Assembly (NCBI RefSeq): GCF_006345805.1
Contig: NC_043022.1
Location: forward strand, 7,006,001 to 7,070,000
Length of the DNA: 64,000 nucleotides
From: Octopus sinensis
Lineage: Eukaryota
Direction of reading: 5' to 3'
Shown: positions 13,041 through 26,639 of the stretch, piece by piece
Position numbering within the stretch: position 1 is the first letter of the stretch
How the letters are laid out: each line of letters begins with the position of its first letter
Notes under the pieces: generated by a model
The model's input: only the letters and a program-made list of their open reading frames with translations
Database searches by the model: none
What the model was told of the DNA's origin: nothing
Position numbers and translations under genes: made by a program

Positions 13041-13103
13041 CCACTACGATCGTTTCCTGCCTGCTGTCTACAAATTTTTGAGTCGCAGTCATTCATCAGG
13101 TGG
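13041..13103 (-). ncRNA. degenerate type I hammerhead motif in a short AT-rich repeat (~12920-13110)
   Basis: Minus strand: CCAC-CTGATGA-...-GAAAC-GATC-GTA-GTGG; stem II opens with an A.G mismatch. Confidence 0.55.
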
Positions 13104-13352
13104 TTTCAAAATTTTTTTTTCAAAATTTTTCTTGCCGAGTTTTAAGCAATATATATATATATTGTAGGGGACATCTTTTCTTCAAACGTGTTGCATTAAA
13201 CAAACAAAAACCTATTTTCTTTTTTGTTTTGTTTTTTTTTAAATTTTATTTTAATGTTGCTTTGGCCAGAAACAAACTTGCGTTAGATTCTTGAAAATAA
13301 AAGACAAGACAAGATATTTATGTTTTTCTTCTCCTTTTCGTTGTGTTTCCAG

Positions 13353-13434
13353 ATGAAGAGAGGGCATCGACCTGTTCCAATGACTACGACCGAAGTTCAG
13401 AAGTGCGGAGCAAGTTAAGCATTCGTCTTCCAAA
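13353..13434 (+). CDS. AFAP1-like: exon (82 nt, 1->2): EERASTCSNDYDRSSEVRSKLSIRLP(K)
   Basis: Long pyrimidine tract + ccag, donor GTGAGT; phases fit both neighbours. Confidence 0.8.
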
Positions 13435-14879
13435 GTGAGTTTTTTGTTTTGGTCTGCTTTAGTTACCAGTTCTACGATTGTTGAGAGCATGTCGACATTT
13501 GTTTACTGAGAGAATGTCTGTGAGAATATCTTGAAATGGAATTGGTCTGAGACAGAGAAAGAAGGATTGGGTAAAATTGGTTTTCAGCTTGGTCACTTGT
13601 TGAGAATATAAACACACGTGTGTGTGTGTGTTTGTTATTTTGGGATGGGGTAGGGTGCATTTGTGGGTGGAAGGAAATTAGTGTTAGTGAGGCGGTGAGC
13701 TGGCAGAATCGTTAGCACGCCAGGCGAAATGCATAGCCGTATTTCGTCTGCCGTTACATTCTGAGTTCAAATTCCGCCAAGGTCGACTTTGCCTTTCATC
13801 CTCTCGGGGTCGATAAATAAAGTAACATAATTATTGGCGTTAGGAAGGACATCCAGCCGTAGAAACACTGCCAGATTTGACTGGGCCTGATGAAGCCTTC
13901 TGGCTTCACAGACCCCAGTAGAACCGTCCAACCCATGCTAGCATGGAAAACGGACGCTAAACGATGATGATGATGATGATGAGGGTTGTGGTTTTTAGTT
14001 GAAATATAAAAGAAAGTTATTCCCTGATCCAGTAAAATTCAGAATCCTGTGTGTGTTGTGGCTCAGTCTAGTGGAACACAGCCAAGGTGTCATATGAGGG
14101 AATTTTGGCTGCTGTTTCTTGGAAGTTGAGTCATTATGTAGAAGTTCTCAGAAGTTACGATGTTACTAATTTAGGTGAATTAATGTACAATCTCAAGGTT
14201 GTGGCCTTCCAGCCAGAATTGTTGTTGATGTATCTTTACCAGTAATAGAAGTGTGGTCATTGATACTGTTGTTGTTTCATCCCAGGTCAGTCCTGTTCCA
14301 GCAGGCCTAGGGTTGTAGATGGTCTAGGATTGAAATGTCTTGGCTTTTATTCAGAAGGCATAGTGTATCTTGGACAACAGTATCCAGAGTAAAATATGAT
14401 TTGAAAGAGATTTAACTGCTATTTCTAGCCTGTAATGTAATTGACATTCTGTTGGTTATGATGATGAGGGTTCTATTTGGGCTGATCAATGGAACAGCCT
14501 GCTCAGGATATTAACGTGCAAGTGGCTGAGTACTCCACAGACACACGTACCCTTAATGTAGTTCTCAGAGAGATTCAGTGTGACACAGAACGTGACAAGG
14601 CTGGCCCCCTTTGAATTACAGGTACCACTTATTTTTGCCAGATGAGTGAACTGGAGCAGTAAAGTGTCTTGCTCAAGGACACAACATATCACTGGGAATT
14701 GAACTTATGACCTTGTGATCATGAGCTGAATAGGCCAACCATTAAGCCATGCTCCTTCACAGCCTGTAATGCAAGCATGTAACAGCGCCATGTTTGGCTG
14801 GAATCAAACATTGAACTGACAGACAATTAAGTGCCTGAAATCCAAAGAAACAGTCTTTGCGGAAGGAAGGATTTAACTG

Positions 14880-14895
14880 AAAGAAGCCTGTCGTA

Positions 14896-14948
<53 letters not shown>

Positions 14949-15100
14949 TTGTGTGTCTGTGTTTGTCCTCCTAGCATTGCTTGACAACCGATGCTGGTGT
15001 GTTTACGTCCCCGTCACTTAGCGGTTCGGCAAAAGAGACCGATAGAATAAGTACTGGGCTTACAAAGAATAAGTCCCAGGGTCGATTTGCCCGACTAAAA
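14880..15100 (+). mobile_element. SINE family A, partial
   Basis: Similarity to other copies; ends ~100 nt before the PH1 exon. Confidence 0.85.
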
Positions 15101-15204
15101 ATGTATCTTTTTTCTTTCCTTTTTATCATTTTTCTTTCTTCCATTTTTTTTCCATCCTTACCTTCGTCTCTTCCAGCTTATTCTCTCGCTTTAATTTCTT
15201 TCAG

Positions 15205-15559
15205 AAATCTGAAGAAAATAAAGAAAATTAAACACAGCCGCAAAACTCATTCGTCCTCTCAGTTGGAACTTGTTCAACCCGTGAAGAGCCTCGAAGACAT
15301 TGTCATCTCGGGGGAGTTGTACCTCAAGAAGAAGCTGACGTGGAGCAAGCGTTTTGTTGTGATCAGCGCTGGACGTCTCATGTGTTACAAATCAGAGCAG
15401 GATCTTCGACCTTGTGTCGTCGTTAACCTGGCTGGCTACTCTGTCAACTTTATTGACCGTGACAGTCGTCATGGATATGAACTGAAGCTGGTGCACCCCA
15501 CCTCTGACACGCTCCATTTCTCCGTCGATTACCGGGACTGGGCTCTCATCTGGACTGAG
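15205..15559 (+). CDS. AFAP1-like: exon (355 nt, 2->0): most of PH domain 1
   Basis: Acceptor tttctttcag, donor GTAAGT; PH signature W-SKRFVVI..GRLMCYK...W. Confidence 0.92.
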
Positions 15560-15839
15560 GTAAGTCGATTCCTCCTGGGACACTCTTCAGTTCTGATTCC
15601 ATGTTTCTTCTGCTGCTATGAAAATGCAAGGGTGAGGAGTGGGATGATGTACCAAGCACCCAACTTTTACCATTTACTCCCCCCCCCCCGCCTCACAGTC
15701 TTTTATTATAGAAACCTACCAATCACTGTTGTTAGCTTAGTGTCTTCTCGTGGTCATTCAAAGACCAAGAGGAGTCTTCACTCTTTACTCTTCCTCTCTC
15801 AGATGAAATGCATATTTATTCACATTACTCTCTCTCTCT

Positions 15840-16201
15840 CTTTTACTCTTTTACTTGTTTCAGTCATTTGACTGCGGCCATGCTGGAGCACCACCTTTTA
15901 GTACTTATTCTATCGGTCTCTTTTTGCCGAACCGCTAAGTGACGGGGATGTAAACACACCAGCATCAGTTGTCAAGCAATGCTAGGGGGACAAACACAGA
16001 CACACAAACACACACACATATACATATATATACATATATACGACAGGCTTCTTTCAGTTTCCGTCTACCAAATCCACTCACAAGGCATTGGTCGGCCCGG
16101 TGCTATAGCAGAAGACACTTGCCCAAGATGCCACACAGTGGGATTGAACCCGCAACCGTGTGGTTGGTTAGCAAGCTACTTACCATACAGCCACTCCTGC
16201 G
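15840..16201 (-). mobile_element. SINE family A
   Basis: Similarity to other copies. Confidence 0.88.
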
Positions 16202-17201
16202 CATTGTTTTGAATTTATCCTGCATTACCTCATAGCTTTGAGATTTCAATGGTGGGAGTGTTTATTTTCAAAATGACACTGTTGAGTGGGTGTGAGAGGC
16301 CAGATCCGGCCAGTTTCAACATAAAACAGAATATTTGCTAGAGATGGTTGTCTGTACAAGGCCTGAAGATTCCCATCTACTCTTGTGGCACCAGATTTTA
16401 GTCACTTTATTGTTCTCTTGGATGCCTTGTCATCATTAACACATGTGCATGTCTATGTGTGCATGTGTATGTATGTGTGTGTTTATATATATGCCCTTCC
16501 TAACGCCAACCACTCCTAGAGTGGTTGGCATTAGGAAGGGCATCCAGCTGTAGAAACTCTTGCCAGATCGAGTTTAGGGCCAGGTGCAGCCTTCTGGTTC
16601 GTCAGTCCTGAGTCATTCGCCCAACCCATGCTAGCATGGAAAGTGGACGTTAAATGATGATGGTGATGATATATATATATATATGATATAAAAACACCAT
16701 CCGTTTGTGGCCGTTCGCCAGCTCTGTCTGGCCCCTGTGCGGGTGGCACGTAAAAAGCACCCACTACACTCACGGAGTGGTTGGCGTTAGGAAGGGCATC
16801 CAGCCGTAGAAACACTGCCAGATCTGACTGGGCCTGATGAAGCCTTCCGGCTTCACAGACCCCAGTTGAACCATCCAACCCATGCTAGCATGGAAAACAG
16901 ACGCTAAACGATGATGATGATGATGATGATGATATATATTAAATTTAGAATTAGAGCTTGCTCTAATAATATAAGCATTAATGGTGTCAGTTAATGTCTG
17001 TGTTTTGTTTAAACACTTATTAGCTGTGGGTTTTTGTTCAGGGAAATGAACCATTAAAGACATTGAGTGCTAGAAACACAGACTACCTGAAACACCAGGC
17101 AAAATGAATTGCCCCAAAGGTGAACGAGAATAGGGGATAGCAATATTTCGCTCTTATTTCAGTTTCACTGCATTATAAGCATGAGTGTATACACACACTC
17201 A

Positions 17202-17253
<52 letters not shown>

Positions 17254-17399
17254 ACACACACACACACACACACAAACATACAGCAGTACCTCGGTTTTCA
17301 AACAACTCTGATCGTGAATAAATTGTCCTTTATATATATATGTAGATAGATATATAAAAAGCACGATTTATTAGTGATCAGTGGTGTTCGTAAACCAAC

Positions 17400-17631
17400 G
17401 TTTTACTGTGTATGCATATATCATATGTATATATACAATAATATAATATATATATATATGATATTACAATTTATTTATATATATATATATATAATATATA
17501 ATATATATATATGATATATATATATATATATATATAATATATATATTATATTTATATTATATTATATATATGATTTATATATATAATTTTAATTTATATT
17601 TATAATTTATATATATATATATAATATATAT

Positions 17632-17665
<34 letters not shown>

Positions 17666-17690
17666 ATATATATATATATATATAAATAAA
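17400..17690. repeat. degenerate (TA)n tract
   Basis: Visible directly. Confidence 0.9.
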
Positions 17691-17949
17691 TTAACAAAAT
17701 TAGATAAAAGTCCCAGGCTGCTGAAAGATTTCAGAACGTTTATAAATAGGTCTTACAGCTGTTTGGGGGATATTTTATATACACCTTCATTGGAGACGGT
17801 TTGAGAAAATGGTTAAGCAATAGTTAACTTAGATAAGATATGAAATAGAGAGTGAAGTGGAGGAATGGAAATAGATGTGAGATATGCAGGGATATTGCAT
17901 TTGTAGATCCATTATTTAGACAGAATGGTATACATAGAAGATTCCTGTA

Positions 17950-19900
17950 CATATAATGACTCCAACTTGAACTACTTGGTTTACAATGCGGGTGACTAGG
18001 CTGTAGCCCACACCACCAGATGTTTTAAGCATCTCAGCAGTGATTCCTGATGGACCGGGGGCTTTTCCTGGCTTCATACTCTTAATTGCCTTAACTACTA
18101 GGGAGCTAGCTATATGGATAGCTGGTCCCTCTACTGGGTCAACATTTGGCAGGCTCTCCTTCCATTCATTCTCCACATTCAGCAGTCTTTCATAGTGGCT
18201 TCTCCAAGCCTCTTTCTTTTCAGAATCAGTAGAAGCAAGTGCCCCATCATCCATTCGAACACATTTCTCTCCTGTGACATCCCAATTTTCTCTCACACAC
18301 TGTCTTGCAATCCGAAATACCTCAGTTCTTTGGTCCTCATGTCTCTGGACATTGACAAACTTCTTCTTTTCCGCTACGCTCTTGGCTATGTATACCTGCC
18401 GCCCAGCCTCCCTTTTGGCTACCTGGTAACGTTCCCTGCTACCCCCATCCTTCCAGGCTTTCCAGGCCTGTTTCTTTGCCCTGATGGCCTTGTCTACTGT
18501 ACTATTCCACCACCATGTAACTCTAGGTCTGGAAGGGACTTTGCACCAGCCACAGACTTGGTCTATGGGGCTCAGTAAGCTGTCCCGTAGGAATTTCCAG
18601 TTACCTTCTATGTCCGATGTCTGTAGCTCCTCCTCCCTCTCCTCAAATTTCTTGATGAGGATGTCCCTAAATCTCTGACCATGTGAAGGGTTCTTTAGCT
18701 TCCAAATCCTTTTTTTGGGGATTGGTTTGCTTCTTGGTATCCTTCTGGCCTCGAGGCTAAAGTCACTAATGACTAGCCTATGCTGGGGGGTACATTCTTC
18801 ACCTGGGAGGATCTTTGCATTTATGAGCAACCCTGCGTCCTGCTGTCTGGTTAGGATGAAATCAATCTGGCTAGCAGAGTCCCCTTATTGATAGGTTAGG
18901 TGACTCTGGCTTCCTGAAGTTAGAGATGATAGTAACTGTGCTATTCTGCATTACTAGCCTAAGCTTAAGTACTCTATCGCATACCCTAACAACCTCTATA
19001 ACCTTATCCACCCATTTCTCCGCAAAGAGAATGCCTACATCCCCTATACCATCCATGTTACCTTGCCAGAAGAATTTGTACCTATGTGCCTTGTCTGTGA
19101 GGACCCTAGCTGAAGCTCCTCTCCATCTTACCTCTTGTATGCAGCATACATCAACCCGTCTCCTTTCAAGCATCTCCACAATCTCACTAGACCTACCTTT
19201 CAGTGTACCAACATTGACAATGCCAACTCTGAAAACTGGGAGGGGAATGTGGGGTGAGGTTTGGGGTGGAGGGATGCTATTCAGCGCCTGAAAAGAAGAG
19301 GGTTGTTGTGGTGATATTCGTTTGTTTGGCATGCTTCATCCTCTTTTTCTTTTCTACCTCTCTCCCAACCTGACAACATTCAAGCATGTTAAGGATGTTG
19401 CCCCTACTGGTGGTAGGAACTGGTGTTAGTAGCATTGTAAGCATAAGCATTATGGTCATGAGCGATGCAGATACATGCAGTGTAGCAAATTGGCAAATAT
19501 GGATACTCCAATGTTAGGTTACGAGGGTGTCGGCAGAAATGGTTGCATTGTGTGGGTAGAGGGGGATTGCAGGGATAAAGGAGGGTACCACCAGGAGAGG
19601 GTTCAGACGGGGGAAACAGGCCCATTCCTATATATACACAAGCACACCCACACTCAGAAATAGGTACATATGAGCAGCCTAATAGCTTTCTGCCTCACTT
19701 CACTTCATAAGGCCAGGGGAGGGAGATAAAGAAAGAGAAGGGGAGAGGAATAGAGAGAGAATAAGAGAGAGTGCAGGAATACAGGGAGCAGCACCAGTGA
19801 AGGAGGAGGAATTGCGAAAAGAGATAACTTAGGGGGTGGTAACAAATTTCTGGACAGAAGAGAACATAGAGCCCCTGAAGCATGTGTGAGAATAGACAAC
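17950..19900 (-). mobile_element. RTE-clade LINE 5' part (5'UTR, APE endonuclease, pre-RT region), 3'-truncated, with internal deletion
   Basis: ORFs 18871-19332 (VNVGTLKG..VCCIQEVRW) and 17916-18830 (QHRLVISDF..KAPGPSGITAEML). The 5' boundary is approximate. Confidence 0.85.
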
Positions 19901-20436
19901 TGTTATAGTGGTGGGAGAAGGGATATCCGGTGGAGATGGTGGGACAAACACAATATCCGGTACTGGTGGGGGTGGGTGGGCAATGGTGGGTGCACCGCGA
20001 ACAAGCAAGTTTGCTTAGGGACGATATTGTAATAGAAATGGTTGAACCAGTGGGAGAACGAGTAATTTACTTAACGAAATTCTAAGAGATGGAATTAAAA
20101 TTATCTGTTGAGGGGTCATTGCCAATGGTTAGCTCATGGAAGAAGAAACAACAACAACAACAAGCTGATTAGTAATTAAACATTTAAGGTATTAACGGCG
20201 AAATGAAACCAGGAATAGGAAAATGAGATAGAAGGAAAGCGTCTCGGACATCATTTGGTAAAGGAATGGGGGAAGCAGACGAGGCTGAGAGTTATTAAAC
20301 AGTAAGCTGCAACCGGAAGACACTTGCCCAAGGTGCCATGCAGTGGGACTGAACCCTTGTTTGTAAGACTAATCAGCTGCTTGTAGAGAAGCACCCAGGT
20401 AGTTGAGAGAATGGTTTCCATGCTTATTCTATGAAA

Positions 20437-21037
20437 GGCGGCGAGCTGGCAGAATCGTTAGCACGCCGGGCGAAATGCTTAGCGGTATTTTGCCTGCCGT
20501 TACGTTCTTAGTTCAAATTCCGCCGAGGTCGACTTTGCCTTTCATCCTTTCGGGGTCGATAAATTAAGTACCAGTTAAGCACTGGGGTCGATATAATCAA
20601 CTTAATACCTATGTCTGTCCATGTTTGTCCCCTCTGTGTTTAGCCCCTTGTGGGTAATAAAGAAATAGGTATTTCACCTGCCGTAACGTTCTGAGGTTCA
20701 ATTCCGCCGAGGTCGACTTTGCTTTTCATCCTTTCGGGGTCGATAAATTAAGTACCAGTTAAGCACTGGGGTCGATATAATCGACTTAATACCTATGTCT
20801 GTCCAGGTTGTCCCCTCTGTGTTTAGCCCCTTGTGGGTAATAAAGAAATAGGTATTTCCCTGCCGTAACGTTCTGAGTTCAAATTCCGCCGAGGTCGACT
20901 TTGCCTTTCATCCTTTCGGGGTCGATAAATTAAGTACCAGTTAAGCACTGGGGTCGATATAATCGACTTAATACCTATGTCTGTCCATGTTTGTCCCCTC
21001 TATGTTTAGCCCCTTGTGGGTAATAAAGAAATAGGTA
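20437..21037 (+). mobile_element. SINE family B with triplicated 3' part (183-bp period) and 15-bp TSD
   Basis: TCCATGCTTATTCTA at 20417-20431 and 21038-21052. Confidence 0.9.
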
Positions 21038-21099
21038 TCCATGCTTATTCTAAGTGTTTTATGGCAGTGTGTCGAGTCTGTCATGTCTCTGAAGTATGA

Positions 21100-21141
<42 letters not shown>

Positions 21142-21235
21142 AAGAGAGAGAGACTAAAATTGCAAACGTCTGCTGATGGAATTGTTTCAGAGTTTTGGTT
21201 AATTTTTTGAATATTGTTTGATGAATTCTTTGCAG

Positions 21236-21334
21236 GGAATGAGATGTGTGTCTGAAGGCCGACCGGTTCCTAATTCTCCACACTTCCTCAACAGACCGTT
21301 CAGTGGCCATTCCGATTCTGGGATGGGAAGCAGA
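21236..21334 (+). CDS. AFAP1-like: exon (99 nt, 0->0): GMRCVSEGRPVPNSP...SGMGSR (end of the PH1 helix)
   Basis: Acceptor ttctttgcag, donor GTAAGT; completes the PH C-terminal helix (WTE|GMRCVSEG). Confidence 0.8.
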
Positions 21335-21544
21335 GTAAGTAAACCATTTTGGATGAATTCTTCAAAAGTTCCTTTTGCTGGTTTTGTCATCCTTTCTCTC
21401 TCTATCCATACGCACACACGCGTGTGAGTGTGTGTGTGTGTGTATGTCTATATGTATGTGTATATGTGTATATGCTTATCACTTTGTCTCTGCATATATT
21501 ATGCGTGTGCGATCACCAACTAATCCTTTTGTGTTTATGCACAT

Positions 21545-21591
<47 letters not shown>

Positions 21592-21814
21592 ATTAGCATG
21601 TGTGTGTATGTGTTTAGGAGTCTGCATATGTGTGTGTATTCACCTTATGTAAATGTGCATCCACTAACGTGGCAGTCCCTCTGAGTGGAGAGTCCGGGAG
21701 ACTCAAAGACCATTTGTAGCTGTCATTAATCTTCTTGTTTAAGAAGAATCCATTTGTACTCTACAAAAGTACAGAGTCACCCGTCCGATTGATGTGAAAA
21801 TTGCTTTTATTACA

Positions 21815-22330
21815 ACACAATAATACACACACACACACACACACACACAGGCACACACACACAGAGGCACACCCACACACACACACACACAGAGGCACAC
21901 TCACACAGAGGCACACCCACACACACACACACACAGAGGCACACTCACACACACACACACATAATAATACACACACACACACAGAGGCACACTCACACAC
22001 ACACACACACAGAGGCACACTCACACACACACACACAGAGGCACACACACACCACACACACACACACAGAAGCACACTCACACACACACACAGAGGCACA
22101 CACACACACACAGGCACACTCACACACACACACACAAAGGCACACACACACACAGAGGCACACTCACACACACACACACAGAGGCACACTCACACACATA
22201 CACATACACACACACAGAGGCACACTCACACACACACACAGAGGCACACACATACACATACACACACACAGAGGCACACTCACACACACATGCACAGAAG
22301 CACACTCACACACACACACACACATGCATA
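21815..22330. repeat. CA-rich minisatellite (CACAGAGGCACACT variants)
   Basis: Visible directly. Confidence 0.9.
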
Positions 22331-22600
22331 GATAGAAAATGGAACGAAGGACATTCTTTCAAGTCTATTGTTTTGATGCATTTTTACACCTTTAGTACAT
22401 TGGTGAGATGTAATCTTCATCACCCACACATTCAGATGTTGCGTGTATGTTTTGCCTATAAAGGTATAAGTGTGTGTGTGTGTGTGGTGTGTGTCTGTGT
22501 GATATACATTTATACTTATATATACTTATATATATATATATATATTTTATATATATATATATATATATACTATATTATATATATATATATATAATATTAT

Positions 22601-22866
22601 AAAAAGGAAATGAAGAAAATGCTGACAACTAATTTTAAGTAAGGAGAGTGTATTTAATTAGGTGAAAGTTCTTTTCTAAGAAAAAAATCTATCAGAAAAG
22701 AACTCTATCTCTCTAAAAAAATATCTTTTATAAGCATAACCAATGCGCACCGGTAAAAAGAACTTTCACCTAATTAAATACACTCTCCCTTACTTAAATT
22801 ATTTTGTCAGCATTTTCTTCATTTCTTTTTTTATATATCACAACTGGTGTTCCACATCTCCTTTTT

Positions 22867-22900
<34 letters not shown>

Positions 22901-23554
22901 AAAAAGGAGATGTGGAACACGAGTTGTGATATATAAAAAAAAAAAGAATGAAAAAATGCTGACAAAATAATTAAGTAAGGGAGAGTGTATTTATTAGGTG
23001 AAAGTTCTTTTCTAAGAGAAAAAAATCTATCAGAAAGGAACTCTATCTCTCTTAAAAAAATATCTTTGATAAGCATAACAAATGCGCAACCGGTAAAAAG
23101 AACTTTCACCTAATTAAATACACTCTCCCTTACTTAAATTATTTTGTCAGCATTTTCTTCATTTCCTTTTTTTTATATATCACAACTGGGTTCCACATCT
23201 CCTTTTTTAAATATAATATATATATATATATATATATTTAAAAAAGGAGATGTGGAACACGAGTTGTGATATATAAAAAAAGGAAATGAAGAAAATGCTG
23301 ACAAAATAATTTAAGTAAGGGAGAGTGTATTTAATTAGGTGAAAGTTCTTTTCTAAGAGAAAAAAATCTATCAGAAAGGAACTCTATCTCTCTTAAAAAA
23401 ATATCTTTTGATAAGCATAACAAATGCGCAACCGGTAAAAAGAACTTTCACCTAATTAAATACACTCTCCCTTACTTAAATTATTTTGTCAGCATTTTCT
23501 TCATTTCCTTTTTTTTATATATCACAACTCGTGTTCCACATCTCCTTTTTTAAA
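22601..23554. repeat. tandem trimer of a fold-back MITE-like unit separated by (TA)n
   Basis: Each unit has ~110-bp inverted arms around a ~80-bp spacer; the first unit lacks its outer left arm. Confidence 0.85.
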
Positions 23555-24694
23555 TATATATATATATATATATATATGTCTCTGTTTGATATGATTTTAT
23601 GCTTTCTGCAAATTTGTGTTATTTCAGTGTTGTAACTTGCCATGTTGGAAGCTTTTTTTTTTTCACCAATTTTCTCCCTTCTCTCTCTCTCTCCCTCGAT
23701 GTTCTCCCTTCTCTCTTGCCATTCCACCTTACCATATCTCTGTTTCCTTTCTTACGCAACTTCATGTCAACTCTTTCCCTCTTGTGTGATGTTATCTATT
23801 GACTTTGCTGTCACCTCTTCTGTGTCACATGTCCTATCTACAAGACATTGTGTCACATAAGGTCTGTGACACTCTGTCACACTGTGTCATGTAACCTCTC
23901 TGCTGTAGTGTATCATTATCCTGTTATCCCTTTTCCCCCCTCCATTGTGTGACACACCCTTCCTACCACTGCTTTTGTGTTACATCTGTGTCACACGACC
24001 ACATCACTAAATGATTTCAGTTCCCCCCCCCCATCATTTGGTAACATACCATTCCTTCCTCCCTCCTTGCCACTCCTCCATGTCATTATGGATGACTCGG
24101 TGTCACAGTCGACTTTATACACCTCCCCCAGCATCACACTGTGCCATTCAGCACCCTTCCTACCCACCACTCCACTCCCTACCGCTATTTCATTCCTGCT
24201 TCTCCATTCCCACAGCACAACAAACCACTCTATACCCCCCACCCCCCTGTGTCACCACGCCTTTTTCCCTGCCTCCCCCTGTGCCACTCACTCCCTCACA
24301 TGTGTGTCTCTTATCATTACATCTCTTGGTAATGCGGTGAACAGGCAGAAACATTAACACGCCGGGCAAAAGGCTTGGCAGAATTTCGTCCAGTTCTTTA
24401 TGTTCTGAGTTCAAATTCTACCAAGTTTCACTTCACCTTTCATCCTTTAAGGGTCAATACAATAAGTACCAGTTGAATACTGGGGTTCATTATAATTGAC
24501 TTACCTACTTCTTCCAAAAAGGTTGTAGGAAATTTCACCAGAAACATTTTTGCAATTAGAAAATTCCCCAGAAGAAATTTCGTTTTAAATGACCTTCTCA
24601 AGTTGCTTTTAATGTTTGACATTGAATAAAGATCTGCTATTTTTAGGCTTTTTATGAAAGCTTTTTATCATTTTTTAAATTTTATTTAAAAAGA

Positions 24695-25330
24695 CTGTGT
24701 GGTAAGAAGCTTGCTTCCCAACCACATGGTTCCAGGTTCAGTCCCACTGTGTGGCACCTTGGGCAACTGTTTTCTACTATAGTCTTGGGCCAACCAAAAC
24801 CATGTGAAGCCCGTTGTATATATATATATATATATATCGAGGCACAGGCATGGCTGTGTGGTAAGAAGTTTGCTTCCCAACCACATGGTCCTGGGTTCAG
24901 TCCCACTGTGTGGCACCTTGGGCAACTGTTTTCTACTATAGTCTTGGGCCAACCAAAACCATGTGAAGCCCGTTGTATATATATATATATATATATCGAG
25001 GCACAGGCATGGCTGTGTGGTAAGAAGTTTGCTTCCCAACCACATGGTCCTGGGTTCAGTCCCACTGTGTGGCACCTTGGGCAAGTGTCTTCTATTATAG
25101 CCTTTGTTTGCCAAAAGCCTTGTGTGTGTGTATGTGTTTGTCCCTCACCACCACTTGACAACTGGTATTGGTTTGTTTACATTCCTGTAACTTAGCAATT
25201 TGGCAAAAAAACACCAATGTAATAAGCACCAGGCTTTTTTTTTTTTTAAAAGTGTTAGGGTCAATTCATTTGACTAAGATTCAAGTCAGAGCTCCAGCAT
25301 GACCACAGTCTAATGACTGAAACAAGTAAA
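24695..25330 (+). mobile_element. SINE family A with triplicated head (159-bp period)
   Basis: ctgtgtggtaagaag recurs at 24695, 24854 and 25013. Confidence 0.85.
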
Positions 25331-25868
25331 AGTAGGAATGAATGTGAATATGGTGTGCTTTATCATTGTACTCATGGTGAATTTTCCTATACACTGACAT
25401 TTGTTGCAGCAAATTTTCCAGCCATGCCCTCCACTGAAATTGCTGGCTTTGTGCCAAAATTTGATGCCATTGTTACATTTCTTGTTTTCTTTTTCTTTCT
25501 CTCCTTTTATCAGTGGTTCACCTGGGCCAATGTCACTACACATTACAGGTAAAAATATTGACAAGAACGCCAACACGGGGTATATATATATATATATCTA
25601 TATATATATCTATATATTATAGATATATAATATGTATGTATGTGGTTATCACACAATGTAATATATATACACCCAGTCATTCTCGAACGTTTCTACATTC
25701 ATGTTCTTCTGTTTTTCTTCTTTTTCTTCTTTTTCTTGGTTCCTTTTTATCTTATGTTGGGGGTGTGTGTATGTAATATTATATAAATATATATATAATA
25801 TATACATACACACACACCCACATTTACATACACACATATGTAATATATTATAGTATATCTTTAAATAT

Positions 25869-25913
<45 letters not shown>

Positions 25914-26583
25914 TTTTATATATGTGTTGCTTCTTGAATTTGCTTGTTTTTCTTTTTTTCTTTTTTGGTTTTATTTGATTTTTATTGTTTGTTTATCCCC
26001 CACCCCCATCACATACAAAAAAAAACAAACAAACTAACTCATTGCTGCTGTTGCTGCTGCTGTTGCTGCTCTCATTAACTAACCATTTCGTTGATTTTCT
26101 TTTATTAATAATCATTATGTTTTTCTACTTGGTATTTGATACACCACCCTTAGCACCATCCACCCTGTTCCAGCACCATCCACCCTTTTTCCAACACCAT
26201 TTATCCTTGGCTTCATGTTTTTTTTTTTTCATTTTCATTTGTTTTTCTGGAAAAATAGAGATGTTTTTTATGTATAAGAACATATATACATAAATATATA
26301 TATGTGGGTATATTGACCCAGGTGTGGTTGTGTGGTAAGAAGCTTGTTTCCCAACCACATGGTTCTAGGTTCAGTCCCATTGTGTGGCCCCTTGGTTTGG
26401 TCACATTAACCAAAATTTTTTTCGGGCGGCTTTGGGTGGTTTGGTAACGAAAGGGTTAACCAGTAAATGCTACCTTCATCTCTGCTTCTCCCTTCTTTGT
26501 TATCTAATTAAAAGCATACCAGTGAAAACCACAAGTTTCACATTGTTATTATATCCGTTTCATTCTCCTCTCTCTCTCTCTCT

Positions 26584-26639
<56 letters not shown>

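Noticed and set aside
13885-13900. CTGATGA as a hammerhead core (also at 16835 and 44277)
   Set aside because: Part of SINE bodies; no matching GAAA, stem III or stem I.
14981-15871. 296-aa ORF as a standalone gene
   Set aside because: The N-terminus is SINE sequence and the C-terminus is intron read-through; only 15205-15559 is exon.
20620-21040. CRISPR-like or regularly spaced array
   Set aside because: Whole-unit tandem repeats of a SINE with no unique spacers; eukaryotic context.
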